Assembly: GCA_964035545.1 (NCBI GenBank)
Contig: OZ037769.1
Coordinates: 8,599,929-8,663,928, forward strand
Direction: 5' to 3'
From: Bugula neritina
Taxonomy: Eukaryota; Animalia; Bryozoa
Length of the DNA stretch: 64,000 bases
The notes beneath the pieces are model-generated. The model worked only from the letters and a program-made list of their open reading frames with translations, was not told the origin of the DNA and ran no database searches. The translations under genes and the position numbers were made by a program. This document shows, one piece after another, positions 11,127-24,559 of this stretch. The stretch's first letter is position 1; each line of letters begins with the position of its first letter.

Positions 11127-14100
11127 ATGGCCAGCCCAAGAACTCGTAGAGTTTTAAAGGAAGTCAAAGAAAGTAATGACAATAAAGTAAGTTTTTAATT
11201 GACTAATTTTCTCTGATGTACTCACAGTCTGTTTTGTGTTGATACACTTTTTTACTTTGTGTTTTAGAGATGTTTTGACTGTAATACTTTAAACCCTCAG
11301 TGGGTTAGTGTCAGCTATGGCATTTGGATTTGTTTAGAGTGCTCGGGAAAGCACAGAGGGCTTGGTGTTCACATAAGGTACACTGCTATACAGATTTTCA
11401 AATACCACTATAGTAAGATATTTCATTAGGCACTATAAAAATATGTCTGTTTGTTTCCTTTTTTTGGTTAACGCAAATGTTTTTGCTCTCTAGTCTTGCT
11501 TGGATAACAAACTTGTAATGGTGCTATATAATGTTTATATATCAGTGTTTTGGACAATTTGATCACCAAAGAGTGCTCATTGTGTAACAAGAGTAGAAAA
11601 TTGTAGTAAGTTGAGGGAAATATTTAATTGCATCAACCTGATATACCTTCATGTATGTTCATTTATTTCAAAGTGCACTTTATTTTTCTCATTTTAGCTT
11701 TGTCAGATCTGTATCTATGGACAAATGGAAAGATTTGGAACTCGAGAAAATGAAGGTCGGTGGTAATAAAAAAGCAAGGGAGTTTTTAGAAAGTCAAGCT
11801 GACTGGGATGAGACAGAGTCTTTTCAGCAGCGGTATAACACTAAAGCAGCAGCTCTTCTAAGGGATAAGGTGAGAAGTATAGGTCTGGTATTACCTACTA
11901 TAGATCTTTCTTTCAAATCTAGAAATGTGGATAGCCTGAACTCAATGGCATAAACATAAGTTTACTAATTGGAATGGCAATAGAGCAGATAGAATTATTT
12001 TTATTTATTTCTGATTAGGTTAATTTAACTTTATTATATGCTATTAGATGAACAGAAATCTATGCTAAATAGTTTGTTGGCCTCTTGTTTTTGAAGCCAT
12101 TTAATATGTGTTGGTTTCGTTTTTTATTAGAAAAATATTTAAAATTAAGTGTGATGTGCTAAAGTTTTAGATATTTGAATATTTTTCATTACCAGTAACC
12201 AATGAATAGTAGATATGAAGTAAACCATGTTGCATATCAAGTGCGGGTTATTGTTTCAGATCTCAACAGAGGCTCAGGGTAAGTCCTGGTCTCTAGAAAC
12301 ATCTGCTGTAAAAGACTATGTTCCTCACACGTCATCATCTAACAGTCTGAGGGCAAATGTGGGTTCCTCCAGTAATCTCAGAAATAATGGAGCGCAGGGG
12401 TCTTCTGATGACCTGGAATCATTTCATGGAATATCAAAGTAAGAGCTTGTTTAATTTTTTATACAAAATTTAGGTTCACCTCCTCTTGTTTTTTTCTTGT
12501 TTTGATTTATTCAGAAACTATTGTAGAGAAGAAATTTCCAAGAAGAAAGACAACTATTTCTCACGGCTCACACAAGAGAATGAAAGCAGATCGGCGTAAG
12601 TTCACTATTAATGGCACTCCGCCTATCGCTAGCAGTTTATATTTATCTAAAGCTTTCTGACCGTAGACTTGTAATATAATGGTGGTTTAGGTTAAGAAAA
12701 TAGTTCAACAATATTAGATTCCATAATAATATGGCTAGTAAGTAGGGTAATACGCAGTTATAGTTTATTTGCTCAGGTAGCTAAGTAGTACATTTGCTGC
12801 TACTCACTCATCTCCTTCTCAGCCATATTTATACGCTTGCAGAGACCTGCCTCCTAGTCAGGGTGGAAAATATGTGGGCTTTGGAAGCACGCCTACGCAG
12901 CCGACCAAAAAAGATGATGACTTAATGGCTAACCTATCATCAGTTAGTATAATAAAGAAAGACAGGCTTGTAAAATAATAATTATGTATTTTTATCTTTA
13001 TTTACCTGATGGTAAAAATAATGTGTCTATATTTTATTCACATGTTTTAATTTTATTATAAAATTAGCTTTAGGAAGCACGATATAAAAATTACAACTTA
13101 CGTGGTAGCTGTTTTAATAGACTTATTTCTGTAAACCTATATATAGCAAATTTGTTTTTATAGTCAGCATTCCAGTCTGTCACTCATATGCATGTCACTT
13201 ACAGGTGCTTGTTTTTATAGGGCTGGGCATCATTTACTCTAGGAGCTTCTAAATTAGCCACAGCAGTTTCTCAAAAGGTGAGTCATCTCCTAGCTACAAG
13301 TAGATTTGATATGCTGCCACTTTTGTTGCTGCTTCACTTTGTTATTTACTAGAAACGTTTCTGCTTATGGCTTTAGCCACATTTAGGAATTTTTACAGAT
13401 AGGCGGTACCATTTAAAGCTTGTATCAGCAATGTAGGCCACCATTTTGATGAGATTGGTGTCACTCTATACAATTCTACATGATCGCATACTCTACCAGC
13501 TCTGTGATGTTGTTGAAAGGCTATCTTCTTCCAATACCTTCCCTACCTATCTCTGCCACTAAAGAAAGCAAGCCCATTGGTTTTCTTGTAAATGGAGAAT
13601 ATTTACGCTATTACATTTTAAAATGTCGCTCTTTTTGTGTGCTTTAATAAAGCCCATACTTATCAGTTTGCATTGCTGTTGTCTTATGTACTCAGTTATG
13701 CATGCAATGTTGTATGTTTGCTGTTGTGATGGTAGGCTACAAAACTTGGTGCTACAGTGTCAGAAAAATCCAAAGAAGTTTCTCACACACTCAGTGATAA
13801 GGTAGTTCCAAGAGTTTTACAGCCTTTTATATGAATACTTATTTGTAAATTTAGTTTTATATGTAGTTGTCTGTTGTTGAAAGAATTCTGCATTGCATAT
13901 TCATTCGAACATGTGACTTCAAGGCTTTTAAAGAAAGATACGGGTAATCATTTTCTCTGTGAAAATGTTGCTTTTGATACCCAAAGTCATATTATGCTGA
14001 TGCAACATAATCACTTATCATTTTAATGGTATCTTATTGGATTGAAAGTTTTACATTAATTTTTTTGCAAACCACAATAAAATAAAATTTATCAGAAGAC

Positions 14101-15904
14101 TAATGTTTTGCTCATCAGGTAGAATGATTGACAGAATATTTATTTTCATTGGTAGATGAAGGATGGAAAGTTGGGTGAAAATGCCAAATCTGGTCTAGCT
14201 TCTATAGGTAGCAAGGTGAGCATTATTTCTTATAACTACATGTACACATGTGCATTTTGGTCGGTAGAAATGTTAATGTGTGTATTTTGCAAAATGTGTA
14301 TGCATCTGAAGAAAACTGCTTTTTTCACCTCATGTTTGCATTACTCAGGTGACCTCAGGCTGGACTGATTTCTCATCAATGTTTGCTGATGGTTCCAAGC
14401 AGAAAGCTTTGACTGACACTGATGAAAGCGCAGGCCTTACATCAGAAAGCAAGGCAAAGTATGTTAGATAAGATATAGTTAGGTAACAAGTTACCTCGAT
14501 GCTAAAAAACACAATTTTTATTAACTCAGATCTATCAGTGAAACTGTAACCTAAGATGTTCTGATATGGAAGAGGTGCTAAGCAGCATCAATATTTGTGT
14601 GAAAATTATGGTTTAGTTTTTTTAATAATTACACCCCATTACATGTTTCTGTTGGAATATGAAAATAATTGGTTTGAAAGTAGCAGTTTACTAAGCTGTT
14701 AAGTTTACTTTGTTGAACATGACAATAAGAAGTCACATTTACTATAATGAAATATAACTTTAATAGTTTAGATTAACAAAATATGTCACACAATTACAAC
14801 CCTTTCCATACTCTGCTAATGACCTTTCAAAGTCTTCTGCTATTTGGCATGTTTTTGTATCATTAGAAAGCCTCAGACTTAAGAATTTAACCAACATAAT
14901 GTTTTGTACAACATAATATATTATACTACACAGCAGAACACAAAAAATACCTCAATTACAATGCAGCTTTACATATTGTATTGAAATAACATCTTTTCCC
15001 TTCAATAAAATGGGATTTGTCTACTCTATGTGTTTTACATGTTGACAGGAATCCAGAGATTTCAGATTTACTTTAATGAAATGTTGAATGGCAAAAAATC
15101 TTTAAATGCTATCCTCGATTTGATCACAAAGGCTTTCTCTTGGAACATGTGGTTTTGATTGTAAGATGGCTGAATAATTTTTATTTAAGCTTTCCTACTT
15201 CATAACCATAGAAATTTTAATTGCTCATAATTTGAATGGCAAATTTTTAGCCACATATATGTAGTAACATGTCTATAATATTTCCGCATAGGCAGCAGAA
15301 TGACTTGCACAATGTATATGTATAATATGATTATTATGTATATGCATATTATATTGCAGATCTAGTAAAGGGGATTGGTCGTGGACTGGCTGGATGGGCG
15401 GAGACACGGATACTAAGGAGACATCAGGAGAAGCTAACTCCGCTTCATGGGATGATTGGAGTAACGACTCACCAGCAACTAAAGCGGCATCTAACTCTGG
15501 TGTGTGAAAATTTTGTTCTGTTTAAAATAAAATTCAATTGCCATGATGTAGCAAGGATACATTTTCTTTAGTCTCCTGTACGACCAAGTAACAAGGCAGG
15601 ATTAGGAAGGTAATATTGTTGTATTATTGCAGGGTATACTGAATTGTCTTCTCATGACATGGACAGTGAAGACTGGCTCAACGCTGACGATGATCAATGG
15701 GAGAAGAATTGGAGGGAACAAGTGGGTGGTTCCCAGGCTGAGTCTCCCGCTGCCATGCCTGTTCCTTCAGCAGCAACTGCTGCCCCCAGAAATGTTAACC
15801 CTAATGACTTTGAGTCATACAATCCACTATCTAAGGTTTCCAGCAAAAGCACGTCTAAACCAAAATCTAATGATGATGAACTTTGGGACATGCTTAACAA
15901 TTAA
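11127..15904 (+). CDS. ARFGAP1: ADP-ribosylation factor GTPase-activating protein 1
   Basis: Exons 11127-11186, 11268-11377, 11698-11869, 12260-12438, 12527-12595, 12843-12942, 13221-13277, 13736-13801, 14156-14215, 14349-14458, 15360-15499, 15633-15904. Motifs: [12 protein letters not shown] start, zinc finger CFDC...[52 protein letters not shown], and ALPS-like [12 protein letters not shown]. An acceptor at 11118 implies an upstream non-coding exon. Confidence 0.97.
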
Positions 15905-16157
15905 CTATTAGTATTGTAGTCACTAGGCAAATCTAAGTATATTACATCTTATGTCAACAGTAAATATACAGAATACATAATTAAATACACAAGAATTAGT
16001 TGTCAAGTTTGTGCAATGATGGCAACTAGTAATTTATTAAGTTATTATTTTCAGTATTTCTGTCAAAGCGTCAAACTTGATCAACTTTGAGATTTTATTC
16101 AACTCCATATTTCTACAGTAAGTTTTTTTTAAATGTATTATAAATAAGTACAAAATA

Positions 16158-19100
16158 TTAAATGTGATTAAATTCTACGGACAACTTTTCTTTTAACCAC
16201 TCCAGCTTTCTGGCTCTATCAGGATCAGAACTGAATTCAGCTTCTCCAATCTGCAACATTTCAATATTTTGATTTAGCAAATTGAATTTGCAAAGAACAG
16301 CAAGCTGTCAGCCTAAACATGTATACAAGCTCTAGTATTACACAATTCCTTAAATCAGCCAGTTTATATGCATAAAACTGCAGCATCAAAATCGTATAAC
16401 CTTGAATCTTGGAACAAATTTGCTATTAAGGAATGCTGTCTAGTTGCATTTATATCTTATTCAATACATTTATAAGCATCTTAATACTACAAAATTATGA
16501 TAATTAATGCATTCTGTGACAGAGACAATATCTGTTACTTAATAGGGTCCAAAAATGATCATTCTAACATTTGGTGAACTATTGGAATTTGTAATACAAA
16601 CAGAAGCAACCCAGTAGATATATGAAACTGTAAAGCTGAGGCTAATACAGTGCCGTAGAAGATAATAGCTTACATTCACCACATGGTACCCCATTTGAGA
16701 GAGCTGTGACTCAGCCAGTCTCTTCCTACCATCCAGGGTTTTACCAGCAGATACACCTACTGTTTGGTGGTCAAATGTGTTCACTAGCACTGCAACCCTA
16801 CAAATTGGCACATAGTTTCTTGTACACCTTCGACATTTAGCATAAAATATTGCTCTAGTATTAACAGATAGTATAACACGTTTAGAGGTAAACTTCTTTG
16901 CTAAATAGTTGTTTTTTCATTCAGCCAAATATTCTGTCTGTGACAACACATATTCAGCTAAATCAAAATATTTAATTTTTAACAAAATATAGAGGAAATT
17001 TCGTGAGCAAATATTTTAAACAATTTATAAAACATAAGACCTTCAAAAGAAAAAAAAATAGAATAAAAGATGCAACAGCTGTAATATTGGTTTTCTATAT
17101 GTCATTACAAATGTATACATTTATATACGTTTGAAAATGCTTCGGAATTTTCTCATAACTTTTACAAAGCTTTAAATTAAGTGCTGTCCTCAACAGGTGT
17201 TCTGTCAGTTACTAAATACAGAAGTACATATGAAACTCACATAAAGGTTTGAGGGAATGCTGGATTCACACTAATAGATAATTACTCAAAGTAAAAATTA
17301 TCGTCTAGTACAAATGCATTCCCTCCATCAATCTTCTTGCAAGTATTTTCTAGTAAAACAGAGCACAATTTCCCTTTTTGGACAGATTTCAATATATAAA
17401 GTTTTTTCACAGAAAAAATTTAGAAATTTGATTTCGTTTTCAAAAATTTCTGAACAATTAATTTCCCAACTACCAACATTTTGAACAGCTGCCTTTTATA
17501 AAGCTACAGTAGCAGCTCTTGAAATATCATCCTAAGCTGTAGATGAATCATTTTATTTTATGTAATGTTCAGCAGCAAATTAAGACAGAAAAGCAAAAAT
17601 TGCTCAAAGCTCATAGAATTTTGCTATTTGGGGTAGTTCAATGTGCTGAAATTAAATTTGTACGAGAAAAAAAAAGGAGTATTCCTGCAACACTTAAGCC
17701 CTTATTTCTGACAAACGGACTTTACTTGCAAAATAAGACCAGCTATACTTGAAGGCTATTTGGCTTATATTATGAATATCAAATAAACATTGGTGTAGTT
17801 TGTATCTCATTTAAAAGATTAAAAACTGTACTATTTGTAAAAAGAAAACTTGACTTCATAAAAGTATATGGAATACAGTTTTCTTCTAAATAATTGAAAG
17901 CAATTCACCGACAGTGATGCAAAAATTATCAGCTTTTCAACTGATAAGTTGACAAAATGTAGAAAGATTTGAAAAATATCTGAACGTTTAAATTTATGAC
18001 CTAATACTTCATTAGATTTTTATAAAATAGCCAAACATCTATACTATTCAGTGTGTAATAAATAAAAGTGACCCAAAATTTGCATGTATTAACATTTATG
18101 TAACTATCCCCTATTTATTAGACGTATAAAAATCTACCGGCTTACCATCTCATATGCTCCGGTGTTCTAGTTTTTTCTGACAGGTCTTCCACATCAAGTG
18201 GTAAAATATATTTATGTGGAGAGACAACCTTTTTCTCTTTAGTATCATACAAATATCTGAAGTCTGCGAAAAGAAGAAAACTCTTTGAAGAATAAACTAG
18301 ATACATCCCAACAACAAATTGAAATCATCAACGCAATTTATAATACAGTTCAGCAAACTTGACAAATTATCCCCTACACCTTACCAATAGCATTTCCTGT
18401 TGGATACCAAACGCTCTGTTGAATTTGGGCAGAATTACACCCTAAGCACTCGCACAGCATTCTGCTCAACTCAACGTGATGCTTGGATAAATTTATGGGT
18501 GGTTTCTAAAACACACAACAGATAAAACATGCGTGCAGTTACACTGGACATGTTATTGTAAAGCAGCTATAACTAATGAATACATTTACTCTAATAATCG
18601 CCAAATTTCCGCCTATAAATTCTGAAACCAAATATCTATCGACAGAGGTAAGTACTAATGTAAAAGAGCAACATGTATGAAACTGACTTTGTGTAAAGCC
18701 AGTAAGAAACCAAGCTATAATTATATAACAAGGTAATAGAATATATTGAATAGCTAAAAGGGCAGTTCAGTTAGCTCATATTCCACTAATTAATGATATC
18801 AAAGCTATTGAATAGTCACAGAGGCAAGTCTAGAACTGCAATTAATAACATTAAAACAATCTCCACACTTCGTACCAAGTCTGTACATACACACCACAGA
18901 TACTGTACATACACACCACAGATACTGTACATACACACCACAGATACTGTACATACACACCACAGATACTGTACATACACACCACAGACACTGTACATAC
19001 ACACCACAGATACTGTACATACACACCACAGATACTGTACATACACACCACAGATACTGTACATACACACCACAGATACTGTACGTACACACCACAGATA

Positions 19101-22100
19101 CTGTACATACACCCACAGATACTGTACATACACACCACAGATACTGTACATACACACCACAGATACTGTACATACACACCACAGATACTGTTTTCAATGC
19201 CTCTGGAAACTCCAAGTTATACTCTAGTTTGGCAGCAGTAGCGACATTCAGTAACTTGCCATACAGGTCTATGACTGTGTGCTGTGACAAGTCAGCAGAG
19301 GCTAGAACAGAGCCATGAGAAGCAGCAAGGTTAGAGGCAAGTTTAGTAATAGAGTTTAGTGATATATAAAGTTAAACAAAAAAATTTGTTAAAGATCATT
19401 CAAGTCATCAAACAAATTAATCCAGTTTTAATCATATTACTTTAAAGCTAAGTATTGTATCTAAAAGGTATGGTGAGAATTTATAGCTCGTGCTTTAAAG
19501 TTAAAATTTTAGTCCGTTGAATGTAAGTGGAGAGTAAAATTTAACTGAGCTTGTGACAAACAGCGTTGAAAAGTATTTATAAGATATATATTATAGATTA
19601 AAATCAGTAAGACCATAAATATAAATGAGTTAATATCTAAAAAGCTGATCTTTGTTCTAATCTAGACTATAATTCTGAAGTTAAAGTATAACATATTTTT
19701 GCATGGATATTATAGCATGTCTTGTGCACCAATCTGTGCTACCTGACCATTATACTTATATTGTCTAATGTCTACGTATATAATATATAGCTTATAGTAT
19801 GATCTCTAGTAAACAAGTAACTTACTCAACTGTGCTATCCTATCCTCTGTTAAGAGATCTTTGATAATAGATTCTGACTTGATGTTGAAGACCAGCAGAG
19901 ACCAGATCTGCTTGAGATACGACTGGCAGTACTTGGGGTCAGCACCGGCCACCTACACGGAAAATTCTAAGTCAGCGCTAATACATTGTAGTGTAACATC
20001 TCTATATAGTACTAATACATTGTAGTATAACATCTCTATATAGTACTAATACATTGTAGTATAACATCTCTATATAGTACTAATACATTGTAGTATAACA
20101 TCTCTATATAGTACTAATACATTGTAGTATAACATCTCTATATAGTACTAATACATTGTAGTATAACATCTCTATATAGTACTAATACATTGTAGTATAA
20201 CATCTCTATATAATACTAATACATTGTAGTATAACATCTCTATATAGTACTAATACATTGTAGTATAACATCTCTATATAATACTAATACATGTAGTGTA
20301 AAATCTCTATATAGTACTATTACATTGTAGTGTAACATCTTTATATAGTACTAATACATTGTAGTGTAACATCTCTATATAGTACTAATACACAGCATTA
20401 TAACGTCACTTTATAATTTTCTTGGGTAATCAATGTTCACACACAGGTGAATATCATGCTAGCAATACAATACAAATTTATTCTCATTAAAATCTAAAAA
20501 ATAAAATGAATTATTTTTAGAAGACTTTGATAATTGAAAAAAATAAGTAAAGCAATGAGTGAGAAAAAAGAGAAATAGTAAACTAATAAACCAGACCTTG
20601 AGTTGGTGTATGACGGCTGCTTTTACATTAGCTGGCATAGTGCCAGTAATACTGCAGGTGACTAACAGACTAGTGAAGGATTCCACTGGTAACTGTGAAG
20701 GATCTCTATACATAAACATATACAAAAGTGTCATCAAATAATAAAATGCATAAAACAATCCTAAAAATCAAAACAAACAAATAACATTAAAGAAAATAGA
20801 AAGTTTAGTATAATACATCCAGATATGTAAAAGCATAGATTAAAATAAACCTTCTATAATAAGCTTTTGCAATATTACATTATGTATTAATTATTCACTT
20901 AAATAAATAAGGTAGAGTTCAAACTGAAGGGTTCTGAGCCGTTACTAAACAAGAATGTATTCAGTATTGAGATAATAAAGGCAAGCACTAACGCAATACG
21001 TGAACAGACTGCATTGATGACCGTAGGGTTGTCCCATTTGAGTTTGCCTATGGATAGCATGATTCGTAGTAGGAACTTTTCGTCTATTGGAGTCTTGTCA
21101 TGGAGAACAGTACTACTTAGTATCTCCAGGCAACTGAGAGCTCGAGGATACACAATCTAACAATATAACAAGTAAAGATATAGGCCATCCCTGTGAGAAA
21201 ACAAGAAATATACGCATGTAGTATTGTTATAAGTAAGAAATAGAAAATGAAACGTTTTTCTTTATGTATTGTTTTTCATTACTGGCTAGTTTGGTTTAAA
21301 TAAGAGTATTATAAAATATTTATACCTTGAGAGTGGAATAAGAGTAGTATATAATATTTATACCTTGAGAGTGGAGTAAGAGTAGTACAGGTTGGAGAGC
21401 TGTTGGATAGTTATCACAGTTGGCCGCTTACTCAGTTGATAAATCAGTGTCTTGATAAGATCAGTGGATCTGTACAGCATGATTGCCATCAAGTGAAGAA
21501 TCTAAATTATACGAAGCTATTCAGACTACAGAATATAAAACCTTAGTTGACCTATATAATATGACTATACATATGTCATTAGATATACATTTACAATGAT
21601 CCTGGGGTGACATATCATTACATCATATAACAAAGAACTTACATTAATAATGGTCTTAGAAGGTATGTTCTCTACGCATCCTTTGGTTCTTGACTCTAAC
21701 AACAGACTTCCTTCCTTTGATATTAATCCAAATTTTAAAAAATTGAAAGCAAAAAGTATTTCATGGCCCGATGACAAGCTGGACAATTGAGAGTATATCT
21801 ACAAATTATTATAAATGAGAGAATAACTGCAGCAACAGAATCGGCAAACTGAAGTTTATACACACAGACAGACTGCTATGACAATGATGATGATGACCCA
21901 AGAATTCACCATATAAAAAATGTCGGCTTTATACCAAGTTGAGGGTTTAAAATCACTACAAACCTGATCTTTTACTGATTCCTCCAACCAAGGTAGATTT
22001 TGCTGAGCTGCATACTGAGAAATTTTACCCAGTGAAATGAAAGGTTGGTGCTTTAAATATCGGAGCATAGAATTCTTGACACTCTCATTGTTGGCAACTT

Positions 22101-22624
22101 CTAGAACTATGTCTAGAATTTGTGTATACAGATGACCGGTCTTATAATCTTCATAGCCAATGGTTCGGTCACTACATACCTCGTCTATCACGGCATCTAA
22201 ACTCTGCAGTAACAGCACCACATGACTGACTATATGTGAGAACAAATCAATATTAAATGAACAAACATTAGCTGAATGACACATAAACAACCAAAAGTCA
22301 TAATAAATGCATACATACCGAGGTCTGAATTTCAATAGACTTGTTTTTATTCTCTAATGACCAGGCACGAAATTTCTTAATGGCACTCGCCGTTACATTA
22401 TCTTTGCGAATGCTTTCAATAGCCTCTGTACCAAGGAGTGCAGAAAGTTCGATCTGTGAAGACTGAGTTGAGTAAAAGTGCCCTGCTGAGCCCACTCTAT
22501 GTGCAAAATGACTTTTACAGTGGGTTTCCTCAGGAATACTGACCATTACACAAGCCTTGGTGAAGAAGCGAAGACTGGAGGTGTGACAAAGCTGTCTGAT
22601 GGCCCATGCTCTACTCATCAACAT
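16158..22624 (-). CDS. FASTK-family (FAST/RAP domain) mitochondrial RNA-processing protein, most resembling TBRG4/FASTKD4
   Basis: Exons 22319-22624, 21964-22203, 21643-21798, 21364-21501, 20993-21156, 20597-20705, 19826-19952, 19189-19301, 18385-18505, 18146-18263, 16674-16797, 16158-16250; all phases are consistent, about 602 aa. Basic presequence-like N-terminus MLMSRAWAIRQLCHTSSLRFF, helical repeats, and RAP-like C-terminus VAVLV...LDGRKRLAESQLSQMGYHVVNIGEAEF...KLEWLKEKL. Confidence 0.85.
18881..19191. repeat. 22-bp minisatellite, about 14 copies (TACTGTACATACACACCACAGA)
   Basis: Directly visible; overlaps the donor of the FASTK exon ending near 19189. Confidence 0.97.
19978..20390. repeat. 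34-bp minisatellite, about 12 copies (CTAATACATTGTAGTATAACATCTCTATATAGTA)
   Basis: Directly visible; begins about 25 nt from the acceptor at 19953. Confidence 0.97.
21301..21387. repeat. 38-bp tandem duplication (about 2.3 copies) spanning an exon-intron junction
   Basis: TATACCTTGAGAGTGGARTAAGAGTAGTA occurs at 21321 and 21359. Confidence 0.9.
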
Positions 22625-22797
22625 TTTATATATTCTACAAACCAATATTGAAATAATGGCAAAAACATTTGAACATACAAAAACAAAGTAAACAAATTAC
22701 TATAAAAACGAAGAATTTATAAAAAGCTAGTCATAAATTAGCAGGTGCGGAAGGCCTATTCCTACATTTCTTCTTGTAAACCTAACAAGCAAAACAT

Positions 22798-24490
22798 GCG
22801 TGTGACTAAAATGGGTAGCCACCCGGTGTCGCGGTCCGCGACAACCATTTTAGTCATAAGAGGGGGTTTTGACTAAAATGGGTATCGCGAAAGATTTTCG
22901 TTTTATTTTCAGAGTTTTAGACCGCCGTTGTGACTGTTAAGATTATTGTTAAATAAATCTTCAGTAAATAATGAACATTTCACAATCGTCTCAACCAAAA
23001 AACATAAATAAATAATGATGAAACTTGTTAAGAGTTATCTTTCCTTATCAAAAATGAAATTTTCACTTATTTTTATTGTTGTTGTGATCATAGACATGCC
23101 AACTTATAAAACATATACTTTAAACTAGTATAAATGCTGGGAGCAATATTGGAAAAACAAAAGTGTTCAGAAAGTTTAAAAAAAATTAAATATTTTTGCG
23201 GCACCCATTTTAGTTAAAATAACCCAGAATGACTAAAATGGGTGTCACATGAATTTTTATTTGCAATTAGCATTGAGGACAGATATAACTTTACAATTGA
23301 CATCGTCAAACTGACTTTGCATTTTTACACAAACTCAGCTAATTAAAAAGGTATGAAACTGCAACACAAGAATAAATAGAATTAAAGTCATTTTGAAAAT
23401 TCTTGGGGTCAAAAACTAGGGAGTGTCGTGAAGAATTCAATACATGTATTTTAACTTAATCCCTTTGGTATTTTTCATTTTTTAGACATGCTGACTCACG
23501 AGCCACATACTTTAAACTATAGTAAAAATACTGAGAGCAATATTAGCAAACAAAACTGTTCACAAAATGTGAAAATAAAACTAAAAATCTTTGTGACACC
23601 CATTTTAGTCAAACCAACCCCCCCCCCCCCCCCCCCAATGACTAAAATGGGAGTAACGGTGATTTTTACTTTATTTTTTAGCTTTTTGGCAATTCTTGTT
23701 GTTAAATTCGTTGTTGATCAAGACCTTAGAAAAACTCTAATACATTCTAACTGTTTCACCCCAAATTACAGTAGCAGTATATGATAATTTACAATAATAA
23801 TAAAATATAATAAAAACCGAAACTATCAGTGACACTCTCTAGAGTTATCTTCCCTTTGTTCTTAGTTTTGTTTTTATCACTTTTCCCCAATATTTACGAA
23901 TATTAAAAGTTTTAATAATCTTAATTAGTAAAAGCAAGTAAAATATTCAATGTGACATAATTTATAGTATCCAAAACCACCCATAAAGCTAAAAATAAAG
24001 CAAAAATCATCGTGACATCCATTTTGGTCACGCGTGGCTGTTTTGACTAAAATGGGTGTCGCAAAGATTTTTAGTTTTATTTTCACACTTTGTAAACATT
24101 TTCGTTTTTTAATATTGCTCACAGCATCTTTAATAGTTTAAAGTATATGTTTCATAAGTCAGCATGTCTATGATCTCAAATATAACAATGAAATTGAGCT
24201 GAACATTGATATTTTGACAAGAACACATAACTCTTAACGAGGCTGTTTTGCTACAATTATTTCAATGTTATCACTATTTATTTGTGTATTTTGGTTTAAA
24301 CGATTGTGAAATGTTCATTACTCACTGAAGATTTATTTAACAGTAATCTTAACAGTCACAACTGTCTAAAAATCTGAAAATAAAACGAAATTGTTAGCGA
24401 CACCCATTTTAGTCAAACCCCTACCCCCTTTTGACTAAAGTGGGTGTCACGGACCGCGACACTGGGTGGCCACCCATTTTAGTCACACCC
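22798..24490. mobile_element. Non-autonomous foldback / MULE-like DNA element
   Basis: Termini GCGTGTGACTAAAATGGG...CCCATTTTAGTCACACCC, imperfect inverted arms of about 450 bp, and repeated ACCCATTTTAGTC/GACTAAAATGGGT modules. Flanks are CAAGCAAAACAT (22786-22797) and CAAGCAACAT (24491-24500), consistent with a roughly 10-bp TSD. No coding capacity seen. Confidence 0.85.
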
Positions 24491-24559
24491 CAAGCAACAT
24501 TGATGAGAATACACAGTTGTTTGAGGACTGTAAGCCTATAGTCACCAAAGCAGGTTATT

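Noticed and set aside
14760-18050. Probable old DNA-transposon remnants in introns (also about 47580-48060 and 54780-55620)
   Set aside because: TE-like wording, but I could not establish paired termini or a TSD by eye.
19180-19190. U12-type intron (GTATCT donor)
   Set aside because: Does not match GTATCCTT, and I found no U12 branch consensus near the acceptor.
18793-19227. Overlapping ORFs of repeating HTTDTV/YSICGV peptides
   Set aside because: Translations of the 22-bp minisatellite. Only 19189-19301 on the minus strand is a real exon.
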